Assembly (NCBI GenBank): GCA_039028615.1
Contig: JBCCHT010000003.1
Span: 288,001-352,000, forward strand
Origin: Myxococcota bacterium
Lineage (GTDB): Bacteria; Myxococcota_A; Polyangia; Nannocystales; Nannocystaceae
Direction: 5' to 3'
DNA length: 64,000 bases
Every line of letters starts with the position of its first letter. The first letter of the stretch is position 1. A model generated the notes under the pieces. The model was not told the DNA's origin. It did no database searches and saw only the letters and a list, made by a program, of their open reading frames with translations. Of this stretch, positions 18,897 through 27,939 are shown piece by piece. The position numbers were made by a program, and so were the translations under genes.

Positions 18897-19775
18897 ATGC
18901 TGCTTCGTTCTTCCATCCGTGGCGTGGTTGCGCTCGGTGCTCTGGTCTGTGCCTGCGTCAACGAGCCGACCTCGCTCGGAGAGCAAGAGTCCGAGGGGGA
19001 GGGGTCGGGCACGGCCGCAGGCACGACCGAGGACGACCCCAGCGCCAGCGGGCCCATGGACGGTACGGGGGCGGTCGATGGCACGGGGGCGGCGACCACC
19101 GACGTCTCCACGACCTCGGCGGAGGCAGAGTCGACCTCCGGCGAGACGGAGAGCGACACCGACACGGCCAGCACGGGGGAGCCCGACGACCCACCCATGG
19201 CGGCGGCGATCGTGTTCGTGAACTTCGATGGCGTCACGCTCAGCGCGGGCGTCGACGATGCCACCATGGATCAGTCCGCGCTCGCGGGCAGCTTCGATGG
19301 CATGCCGCTGGCGCCCTACGGCGAGGGTCCCAAGCGGGCGCAGATCATGGCGGCGCTCGCCGACGACTGGGCGCCCTTCGACGTGGCGGTGACCGACGTT
19401 CGGCCGGCATCGGGGGACTACGCGATGATCGTGGTGACGCCGACCAACCCCATCGGCATGGGGGTGCTGGGCGTGGCCAGCCAGGATTGCGGCGACATCA
19501 ACCCGGGGAGCGTGGGGATGGTCTTCGCCAGCGCCGACGATGCGCTCTCGGCCACCCTCACCGCGACCGTCATCAGCCACGAAGCGGGTCGCGGCCTCGG
19601 CCTGGAGAACGTGGTCGCCATGGGGGCGATCATGAACACGACCGCGAGTGAAAACGGCAGCTTCATGGACGCGTGCCACGACCTGCAGGGCGACCCCGCC
19701 TGCGATCACACCGCGTTTTGCCCGGCGGGGCAGCAGAACAGCCACGCCGAGCTGTCGGCGCTATTCCCCCTCTGA
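18897..19775 (+). CDS. Lipoprotein with degenerate metzincin-like domain
   Basis: Lipobox CAC, Thr/Ser/Asp linker, VFVNFDG, HEAGRGLGLEN and AIMN Met-turn. Confidence 0.72.
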   Translation: MLLRSSIRGVVALGALVCACVNEPTSLGEQESEGEGSGTAAGTTEDDPSASGPMDGTGAVDGTGAATTDVSTTSAEAESTSGETESDTDTASTGEPDDPPMAAAIVFVNFDGVTLSAGVDDATMDQSALAGSFDGMPLAPYGEGPKRAQIMAALADDWAPFDVAVTDVRPASGDYAMIVVTPTNPIGMGVLGVASQDCGDINPGSVGMVFASADDALSATLTATVISHEAGRGLGLENVVAMGAIMNTTASENGSFMDACHDLQGDPACDHTAFCPAGQQNSHAELSALFPL

Positions 19776-20996
19776 GGCGCCGCCGGCCAGCTCGAGCACG
19801 AACTCGGCGGTGACCTGCGAGCCGTCGCCGTTGAAGTGCCCGTCGTGGGCCAGATAGTCGTCGGCGGTCAGCCGCGTCAGCAGGCCCAGCTGTGGGGCGA
19901 CCCCCAGCTCCTCCAGCGCGGGCAGGACCTCCTGGTTGACGGGCGACCACTCGCCGGCCAGCACCTCGCCCTTGGCCGGGATGATGACCACGTGCAGGTC
20001 GACCTTCTTCTTGTCGGCCAGGCTCTTCATCTTGGCCACCTGGGCGACGAAGAGGGTCTGGTACTCGGCATCGAAGGCGCGGCTGGGCAGGCCGGTCATG
20101 CGCAGCTGTTTGTCGCGCATCGCATAGCTGATGGCACCCAGGCGCTGCAGCGCGGTGACGCTGGTGACCCAGGCGACGAAGGACCAGCTGTGGTTGGCGT
20201 CGAGCAGCGGCCCGAGGTTTCGATCGATCTGCTCGTCGGTCAGCGTGGTGCCGTCCCGACGCATGCGCGGGACCATCAGCCCCTGCCGGACCGTCCGCGC
20301 CTCGGGGTAGACGTTGTCGAAGGTCAGGTCGTTGACGAAGTAGAAGTAGACGATGGCGCGGCCCTGCCACGGCACGCGCTCGACCTCGAGGGTGGCCTGC
20401 GGTGCGCCCCAGCCGGGCACGCCCGTATTGTAGGCGGTGACCTTGCCCTCGCTGGCGGCCTCGATGCGGGCCTCGATGGTGTCGGCGCGCTCGATGCCCA
20501 TGCCGAAGGTGAACGAGTCTCCGACCAGGAGCAGATCGTCATCGACCACGGCGGGATCGGCCGGCTCGTCGTCGCGGTGTCCGAGGCTATTGAGCTGGAT
20601 CTGCGAGCGCTCGACGCCGTCGAAGTAGGTGCCTTTGTAGTTGGGGATCAGCTTGTAGCCGTAGTCGGGGTCGGCCTCGGGCATGTTCTGCATGCTCAGC
20701 ACGAACACGTGGTGCTGGGCGCGAGGGCTGAGCGACAGCACCATCTCGATCAACACCAGCGCGACATAGGTCGAGCCGACCACCAGGCACGCTCGCACGG
20801 CGAGCTTGCGGACCTTGGCGGGGGCGGGCAGCCAGGTCACCGCGACCAAGGTCGCGCCCAGGCCCCCGACGATCATGGTGCCCAGGCCAGGCGCGGCGAA
20901 GCCCCGCGCGGCCTGGACCGCGAGGGCAAACAAAACCATGACCAATCCGACTTTGCCCGCCAATGGGCGCCCAGTACCCGCCGCCATCCACACCAC
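19761..20996 (-). CDS. Membrane-anchored SGNH/GDSL hydrolase-fold protein (AlgJ/AlgX-like)
   Basis: N-terminal TMs. LLVGDSFTFG, NTGVPGWG, ND and DGHFN catalytic blocks. Start uncertain (20996 GTG or 20939 ATG). Confidence 0.82.
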   Translation of the reverse strand: MVWMAAGTGRPLAGKVGLVMVLFALAVQAARGFAAPGLGTMIVGGLGATLVAVTWLPAPAKVRKLAVRACLVVGSTYVALVLIEMVLSLSPRAQHHVFVLSMQNMPEADPDYGYKLIPNYKGTYFDGVERSQIQLNSLGHRDDEPADPAVVDDDLLLVGDSFTFGMGIERADTIEARIEAASEGKVTAYNTGVPGWGAPQATLEVERVPWQGRAIVYFYFVNDLTFDNVYPEARTVRQGLMVPRMRRDGTTLTDEQIDRNLGPLLDANHSWSFVAWVTSVTALQRLGAISYAMRDKQLRMTGLPSRAFDAEYQTLFVAQVAKMKSLADKKKVDLHVVIIPAKGEVLAGEWSPVNQEVLPALEELGVAPQLGLLTRLTADDYLAHDGHFNGDGSQVTAEFVLELAGGASEGE

Positions 20997-21301
20997 GTTA
21001 TCACTCGGGCTTCCGGGGCGCGGGCCGAGTGTGCCGCCGATGATGAACGGTGAGGCACGGAGCGAAGATGCGTGGGGGAATCAATGACGGGACCCCATTT
21101 CACTCGCACGATGTGCCCGGACTTGGGCCACTCGTGCCTTCGGAAACGACGATAACGACTCCTGCATGTAGGCAGCATCGATGCTGGGATTTCGATGGAC
21201 GAACAATGGCCGACGTCGCCTGCACGGGTTCGCGTCGCACGTAAGGGGTTTTGGCGGCCGCTTCTAGTGCGGGTGGCGGCCCGGTGCTATCCCCTCTCGC
21301 C

Positions 21302-22150
21302 GTGGAGCTGTTCTCGATCCAGGGAAACTCGCAACGACTCGACGGAGGAGCCATGTTCGGCAATTGCCCCCGGGCCCTGTGGTCACGGTGGTGTCCGCCC
21401 GATGACCAAGGGCGGATCGCGCTGGCCTGTCGAGCGATGTTGGTGCGCGAGGACAGTGGGCGCCATGTCTTGCTCGAGACCGGGATCGGTACATTCTTCC
21501 CGCCGAAGCTGCGGGACCGCTTCGGGGTGCAAGAAGCCGAGCACGTGTTGCTCGAGTCGCTGCGTGCCGTCGGGGTCACGCCGGCCGACATCGACGTGAT
21601 CGTGCTGTCCCACTTGCACTTCGACCACGCGGGCGGGCTGCTCGAGCCATGGGCCGAGGGCCAGTCGCGGTCGCTGTGTTTTCCGCAGGCCGCGTACGTG
21701 GTGGGAGCCGAGGCGTGGGCGCGGGCCAAGCAACCCCATGCGCGCGACCGGGCCTCGTTCATCCCGGAGCTGCCCGGCTTGCTCGAGGGGACGGGGCGGC
21801 TCGAGGTCGTCGAGGGCGAACACTCCACGACCTTGGGCGAGGGCTACGACTTCGCGGTGTCGCATGGACACACACCGGGCTTGTTGCTGACGCGAGTACA
21901 GTCGCCGCACGGGCCGGTCACCTTCATGGGTGATCTCGTGCCCGGCGTGCCGTGGGTGCACCTGCCGATCACCATGGGCTACGACCGCTTCCCCGAGCTG
22001 CTCATCGAAGAGAAGCAGACGCTGCTCGATCGAATCCATGGCGAAGACGGCTGGATGTTCTTCACGCACGACGCCGAGGTCGCGGCCGCAAAGGTCGCGA
22101 TCGACGAGCGTGGTCGCTACGGCGTGAACGAGTCGCGAACGCAGTGGTGA
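21302..22150 (+). CDS. MBL-fold metallo-hydrolase (YtnP-like)
   Basis: [30 protein letters not shown] and THD. Confidence 0.92.
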   Translation: MELFSIQGNSQRLDGGAMFGNCPRALWSRWCPPDDQGRIALACRAMLVREDSGRHVLLETGIGTFFPPKLRDRFGVQEAEHVLLESLRAVGVTPADIDVIVLSHLHFDHAGGLLEPWAEGQSRSLCFPQAAYVVGAEAWARAKQPHARDRASFIPELPGLLEGTGRLEVVEGEHSTTLGEGYDFAVSHGHTPGLLLTRVQSPHGPVTFMGDLVPGVPWVHLPITMGYDRFPELLIEEKQTLLDRIHGEDGWMFFTHDAEVAAAKVAIDERGRYGVNESRTQW

Positions 22151-22367
22151 GCGGCGGCTTCGCTTCGACTGCGATACGACGTCGAACACGATGTTCTCCG
22201 AGCACGCCGTCGAGTGCGCGGGACGAATCGAGGCTCGAGGAGCGTTCGAGAACGCGCATGGCGTCTGCTGACAGCCGCTGTCGGGAGCCCGCCAGATCGC
22301 GGGTGATCGAGCGGAGCTGACGTGCGAGGATGGGTGCTTCCCGGCGAAGACGCCGGGGCTGGTCATC

Positions 22368-23063
22368 ATGTCCGTGTCGTTGTCGTCCGTCTTCGTGACG
22401 TTGCCTCTGTTGGCGCATGCTCCCAACGGGGTCGCGCCTGCATCCTCCTTGCTCGCCCTGGCGCCGGCCGGTGACACCACCGCCGCGCCGACCCAGGACG
22501 AGGAAACCGCCGAAGAAGAAGAGGACGAGCCCAAGACCCGCCGCCCCCGAAGACAGCGTGGGCTGGTGGTTCGCGGCTACGGCAAGACCGGCACCGTCGG
22601 CCTGCCGGGCATCGGGTTCGGCGGTGGCTTGAGCGTCGGCTGGATGCGCAAGCGCTTCCGACTCGACCTCATGGGCGGGGGCCAGCTCAATCGCTCCGCC
22701 TGGTATCCCGGCAACACGGTGGGCGGCGACTTCAGCCTGTGGCGGGCCGGCGTCCGGGCGTGTCTCAACTTGGGATCGGGTCGGGTCTCCACGCCGATCT
22801 GCGGCGGCGTCGATGGTGGCTTGGTCACCGCGACCGGGGTCGGCGTCGACTCGGCGGTGACCGAGCGACAGCCCTGGGCCTCCGGCTTCGGCGACATCGA
22901 CCTGGTCTGGCACGTGCTGCCCAACGTCGGGCTCGTGACCACCAGCCGCTGGATGGTGCCCTTCGTGCGGCGCCAGTACTACGTGGGCGAGCGCGGCACG
23001 CTGGTCACGACGCCGTCCTTCGGGGTCGAGATCGGTCTGGGTGTCGAGCTCATCTTGCCCTGA
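22368..23063 (+). CDS. Putative outer-membrane beta-barrel protein, paralogue of the 16350 C-terminal domain
   Basis: Signal peptide, acidic linker and alternating Gly/hydrophobic strands ending GLGVELILP. Confidence 0.7.
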   Translation: MSVSLSSVFVTLPLLAHAPNGVAPASSLLALAPAGDTTAAPTQDEETAEEEEDEPKTRRPRRQRGLVVRGYGKTGTVGLPGIGFGGGLSVGWMRKRFRLDLMGGGQLNRSAWYPGNTVGGDFSLWRAGVRACLNLGSGRVSTPICGGVDGGLVTATGVGVDSAVTERQPWASGFGDIDLVWHVLPNVGLVTTSRWMVPFVRRQYYVGERGTLVTTPSFGVEIGLGVELILP

Positions 23064-23120
23064 GTCCCGCCCCTACCGGCAGCGCTCGGGCCCCTGGTCC
23101 GAAGAACGAGGATGATCGCA

Positions 23121-23618
<498 letters not shown>

Positions 23619-23638
23619 GAACCGAATGCGAGCGGGCC

Positions 23639-23679
23639 TCGGAGTCCTGCGCGGCATCCATATTCCGCGAGGACTCCGA
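23639..23679. terminator. Hairpin between convergent genes
   Basis: TCGGAGTCCT-G-CGCGG / CCGCG-AGGACTCCGA stem. No U tract. Confidence 0.5.
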
Positions 23680-23697
23680 AGCCGCCCCTGCGTCCGG

Positions 23698-24234
23698 CTA
23701 TAGCTCGTTGTAGCAGGTGCCGATGCAGTAACCGAGGGCACGACGCTGCCCGAAGCAATCGTCCATGCACTGATCGACGGCGGACATCGGCTCGTCGATC
23801 GGCTCGGTCGACCCCGTGCCCCCGCCACGGCCCGTGCCGACCACTGCGAGGCGGCCGGAGTCGAGCTCGCGATCGGCATCCGCCGTGTTCAGAGCGACCC
23901 ACAGGGCATCGTCGTCTTCATTGGCGGCCGAGAGCGAATAGGGGGACGCCGTCTCGGCGAATTGATGATCGTCGATGCACGGCAGCAGGCCGCGCTCTTG
24001 CACATTGAGCGTGGACTCCAAGGCCCACTGGTCGTCCGTCTGCATGTCGTCGGTGGACTCGACGAAAGTCAGATACGGCACCCGGGAGACGCGGGGCTCG
24101 AACACGAGGCTGGCCATCGCATCATCATCGGTGGCAGCGATGGTGTCTTGTTCGCTGTTCGTATCGATCTGGGCGAAGGGGGTCGGAAGCCATAACGCGA
24201 GCGCGGCCAACAGGGAGGAGACAGTATTCATCAC
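23698..24234 (-). CDS. Secreted acidic protein with C-terminal twin CX3C motif
   Basis: Signal peptide MNTVSSLLAALALWLPTPFA, GAGG RBS, and C-terminus CMDDC-X9-CIGTC. Confidence 0.7.
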   Translation of the reverse strand: MMNTVSSLLAALALWLPTPFAQIDTNSEQDTIAATDDDAMASLVFEPRVSRVPYLTFVESTDDMQTDDQWALESTLNVQERGLLPCIDDHQFAETASPYSLSAANEDDDALWVALNTADADRELDSGRLAVVGTGRGGGTGSTEPIDEPMSAVDQCMDDCFGQRRALGYCIGTCYNEL

Positions 24235-24578
24235 GGACCTCGTTCAAGACTGTCGACCACGCACGAGCGTGCGTGGCCGACAGGTGGGGGACTTCACCTC
24301 GAAGCACTCACCGACCTCGTCAGAAGAGACGTCGGCCAGTGCACCGGGGCACACCCGCATAGTGATTCGCGACGAAGAAAGTGACCGGCGAAACGGTCCC
24401 TGAACGAACAAAAGTATCGTGCGTGTGTGTTTCTTCCCGTTTGTGACAAGCGTGAAGGGATGAACTCACCGTCGCACGAGATCAAAAATCATAGTGCGCA
24501 TCTGCGCGGCTCCAGGGACCCCGATCACAACGGTGATCACGAGTCATGGGTGTCATCGTGGTGGACTTCGGCCGTTTC

Positions 24579-24899
24579 TCAATTGGTGCCGTCGCCGGTC
24601 ATCGGCTCGGGAGGAGGTGGACACATGTCGACTTCACCCGCATCGCGCCACCACAACTGTCCATCGTCTTCGTCGGCCTGGCACACATGGCGACGCATGA
24701 CGGGGCCACAGTAGTAGCAAGTGGCATCGACCTCGTCGCAGGGCTCGAGCGGGTTGAGGTTGGGTTGATCGGGCGGGCAGCTGTCCGCGTTGTCGCAATC
24801 GGCACAGATCGGGGGCCCGCTCGGCGTGGGCTCGGGCTCTTCGACGCAGCTGCCCGCCAGAGACATCAGCAACACCAGGCCGGTCATGGTCCGTCGCAT
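24579..24899 (-). CDS. Small Cys-rich acidic lipoprotein
   Basis: MRRTMTGLVLLMSLAGSC lipobox. Eight further Cys. Confidence 0.68.
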   Translation of the reverse strand: MRRTMTGLVLLMSLAGSCVEEPEPTPSGPPICADCDNADSCPPDQPNLNPLEPCDEVDATCYYCGPVMRRHVCQADEDDGQLWWRDAGEVDMCPPPPEPMTGDGTN

Positions 24900-24998
24900 C
24901 GCCGCGCATCCTACAACGTCGCCGCGCCCCCTCGAAGCAGGGGGCATGACGTTGCATCCTGCATGCTACGCATCGAGTTGGACTGTGATTGTCCGACG

Positions 24999-25457
24999 AT
25001 GAAGCTGCCGCGAATTCAACCCCATCGTTCCTCGCGACGTCACCCCGGCATCGCCTCGAGCCGCGTCGGCGGACGCGTCGTGCCGCAGGTGACCCGCCAA
25101 CAGCGCGACGACGCACAGGACTACATCAACAGAAACTGTCACGGGCTCTCCAACTGCGCCAACGAGGGATGCGCCGCTGCGAGATCGGCACAGGCCAACG
25201 CCAATCGGTGTGTCGCGGAACGCGAGACGGTCATGGACTACTACTCGGAGCGAAATATCGACGACCCGGGAGATCACCCGGGTGCGCGCGACCACGACCA
25301 GGCGGTCGCCAACTCGTGTGCACAGCGATTCAACTCGCGCAGTTGTCGGACACACCCCGCCAACCACGGCGTGGGGATCCACTGGAACGACAACCCTCAC
25401 CGAGACTGCCGGTGTTGCTACCCCCCGATGTCGGGTGCGCCCGCGTACTGCCCCTAA
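24999..25457 (+). CDS. Cys-rich protein with RiPP-like leader and Ntox16-like domain
   Basis: Leader MKLPRIQP...GGRVVPQ, then Q..INRNC...NC...C...N..RC..ER...DPGDH..A...C pattern. GC3-biased codons. Confidence 0.65.
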   Translation: MKLPRIQPHRSSRRHPGIASSRVGGRVVPQVTRQQRDDAQDYINRNCHGLSNCANEGCAAARSAQANANRCVAERETVMDYYSERNIDDPGDHPGARDHDQAVANSCAQRFNSRSCRTHPANHGVGIHWNDNPHRDCRCCYPPMSGAPAYCP

Positions 25458-25608
25458 AGCGCCTTTGGGCGTAGAGCGAGGCGATCCGCGCGGTCTCGAA
25501 CGCGGGCCCGTACGTCGTCCGGCGAGCCAGTGGCCCACGAACGTGATGCAATCCCCGATAGCGAGGACCCTCGCAGCAGTGGGCGCCGATTCACGGTATC
25601 GTCCGGGA

Positions 25609-26901
25609 ATGCGCCTTGTTTCTATCCTTGGGGGGTCGTCGTTGCTGGCAGTGTCGGGGTGTTTCTCGCCCGACATGAGCAACATCGACGATGGCACGGG
25701 AGACTCGGGTTCCGACACCTCGGCGGGGTCGCAGGTCGGCGACGCCACCGAAGCTGCCGATGAGGCCTCGGGCACGGGCTCCGGTTCGGGGGCGGACTCG
25801 GAGTCGGGCAGCGAGTGCCCGGCCGAGCCAGAGTGCGCCATCGGGGACCCATCGACGTGTGAAGAGGGGGTCTCGGTCGCGTGCGTCGAGGATGCCGAGG
25901 GGTGTCCGCGAGTGGAGACGACGGACTGCCCCACGGGCGAGTGCGACGGCGACGTGTGTGCGGGAGCCTCGGGAGGCTGTGGCGACGGCGTGGTCGATGA
26001 CGGAGAGGACTGCGACGACGCCAACCGAGACGCGGGCGATGGGTGCTCCGGTACCTGCACCGTCGAGGATGGTTGGACGTGCATGGGCGAGCCCAGCAAC
26101 TGCGGCGCCCCCGACCTCACGGTGCGGATCACTGGCGTCGAAGAGGTCGGCAACTCGCTCCAGGTGTCCTATACCGTGCGCAACGTGGGGAGCGGTCCCT
26201 CGGGCCCCTATCGCCTCGATTTGTGGCCGCAGCGGCCCGACAACGACTGGAGCGCGCCACCCTCGTTCGGTGAGTCGGGGACGGTGACCTTGGTCGACCA
26301 GCCGAGCCTGCTGCCGGGCGAGTCCGACTCGGGGCAGGAGAGCTTCATGGGCATCGCGAACAACGCCACCGGGGCCGCGTTCGCGGTGGTCGACTCGGGG
26401 GAGACGATCTTCGAGCTCGACGAGAACAACAACTTCAGCCTCGGCAGCGGCTGGAGCCGCAACGGCGGCGTGAATGCGCGGAGCTTCACGCTGACGGGCG
26501 AGCCCGTGACCCTCATGCCGGGTCAGGCGGTCACCTCCAACATCGACATCACCTACAACGAGCTGTCGTTCATCACGTACATCATCGGGGTCAACGCCAC
26601 GCACCCCGACGTCTCGGGCATCGAGCTGTCGGTCATGTCTCCCAGCTCGGCGAGCCGGGTGCTGGTCGACGGTGGACTGGCGGGAGAGAACCTCCAGAGC
26701 ACGACCTTCTCCGACTTCGGGGGCGCCGGGCCCATCGTCAGCGGCTTCGCGCCTTACTCCGGGCAGTTCGACGCCGCGGAAGACTGGGTGGGAGGCCCCT
26801 CCGCCGACGGTACCTGGCAGCTGCAGATCACCAACAACTCCGACGAGCCGGGGCGGCTCAACGAGTGGAACGTGACGGTGTGGGAAATCTTTCCGCAGTA
26901 G
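25609..26901 (+). CDS. Lipoprotein with Myxococcus Cys-rich repeat, CARDB domain and proprotein-convertase P-domain
   Basis: Lipobox VSGC. CGDGVVDDGEDCDDAN...DGCS..C.VE.GW.C repeat. PDL.V...VRNVG...ELDENNN (CARDB). ADGTWQLQI.N...GRLNEW (P-domain). Confidence 0.85.
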   Translation: MRLVSILGGSSLLAVSGCFSPDMSNIDDGTGDSGSDTSAGSQVGDATEAADEASGTGSGSGADSESGSECPAEPECAIGDPSTCEEGVSVACVEDAEGCPRVETTDCPTGECDGDVCAGASGGCGDGVVDDGEDCDDANRDAGDGCSGTCTVEDGWTCMGEPSNCGAPDLTVRITGVEEVGNSLQVSYTVRNVGSGPSGPYRLDLWPQRPDNDWSAPPSFGESGTVTLVDQPSLLPGESDSGQESFMGIANNATGAAFAVVDSGETIFELDENNNFSLGSGWSRNGGVNARSFTLTGEPVTLMPGQAVTSNIDITYNELSFITYIIGVNATHPDVSGIELSVMSPSSASRVLVDGGLAGENLQSTTFSDFGGAGPIVSGFAPYSGQFDAAEDWVGGPSADGTWQLQITNNSDEPGRLNEWNVTVWEIFPQ

Positions 26902-26920
26902 CACGTCTGCGCACTCCGTA

Positions 26921-26966
26921 GAAAAAGAAGAACGCCTCCCCGCTGCGGCCGGGAGGCGTTCTTTTT
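26921..26966. terminator. Bidirectional intrinsic terminator
   Basis: AAGAACGCCTCCC / GGGAGGCGTTCTT stem with an A-tract before and a T-tract after, between convergent genes. Confidence 0.85.
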
Positions 26967-26982
26967 CGTCTGGCGTGGCGGT

Positions 26983-27939
26983 TCAGCAGCCCATGTAGCG
27001 AGCCTTGTTGCCCCAGTCGTAGTTCGAGTCGCTGCTACCCCAGTTCCAGTTGGTCGAGGCGAACCAGCGGCGGCGCTGGCTGGAGCTGCCCGGGTACCAG
27101 GTCCACGTGGCGGCGCGCCATTGGTCCTCGCACCACGTGCCCAGGTAGTCCGTGCTCTCGCAGAAGTAGGTGTCCCAGACGATGGTCCAGGTGCCCGTGT
27201 TGCCGCACGACGAGTTCTGGGTGATGTAGTCCACCGAGCCCCACTGGAAGCCCTGCTGCTGGCAGTGGAAGGTGCGGTAGCGGTTCGTGCCGCTCTTGGC
27301 GTAGCTCACCTCGTTGGTGGTGCCGTAGACACACGAGCCGCTGTTGTAGATCCCGCCTTGGCCGCAGTAGTTGCTGCCCCAAGAGTTCGAGCAGTTCACC
27401 CACTCGGTGGGATCGTTCACGGCCGCGAGGTCGTTGATCTCGTCCATGATCCAGCCGCGCGTCACCGCCTGGACTTGCTCGGTCGCCAGCGCCCCCTCGC
27501 GGGCGACCAGGTGAGCCTGCTGAGCGATCAACCCCGCGGGCACTTCGACACCCTCATGGGTCAGACCCCAGAACAGCTCGAGCGGCGTGAGGTCGACATA
27601 CTCGGGCTTGGCCACCAGCACCGCCGCCGAGGGTCCGCCCTCGAGCACACCGACGCTCTCGTCGTCGTAGGTATAGAAGCGGACCGCGTTACCGCTCGGC
27701 AGCGGAATCTCGACCTCCGGGGTGTCCTCGACCACGCAGGTGCGGTCGCGTACGCACTCCGGTACGTCCTCGGCGGTGAAGTCGTCGGCGCCCGCGGGCA
27801 ATGCCACTGGCGGCTCGTCTACGTCGACGGGTTCGGTGAGCTCGCTGCGCTGCGCATCATCGAAGCTCTCGAGCTCCTCCACATCGCAACCGGCAGACAA
27901 CGACAACAGTGCCGCCGTTGCTCCGCATAGACCCGTCAC
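26983..27939 (-). CDS. Lipoprotein with acidic N-terminal pro-domain and Trp/Cys/Asn-rich C-terminal domain
   Basis: Lipobox SAGC and GC3-rich codons. Start uncertain (GTG 27939 chosen; ORF open to 28011). Confidence 0.72.
   Translation of the reverse strand: MTGLCGATAALLSLSAGCDVEELESFDDAQRSELTEPVDVDEPPVALPAGADDFTAEDVPECVRDRTCVVEDTPEVEIPLPSGNAVRFYTYDDESVGVLEGGPSAAVLVAKPEYVDLTPLELFWGLTHEGVEVPAGLIAQQAHLVAREGALATEQVQAVTRGWIMDEINDLAAVNDPTEWVNCSNSWGSNYCGQGGIYNSGSCVYGTTNEVSYAKSGTNRYRTFHCQQQGFQWGSVDYITQNSSCGNTGTWTIVWDTYFCESTDYLGTWCEDQWRAATWTWYPGSSSQRRRWFASTNWNWGSSDSNYDWGNKARYMGC

Noticed and set aside
21050..21244. 64-aa ORF in the divergent gap
   Set aside because: No motif, weak codon bias and no clear RBS. 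Cannot be supported.
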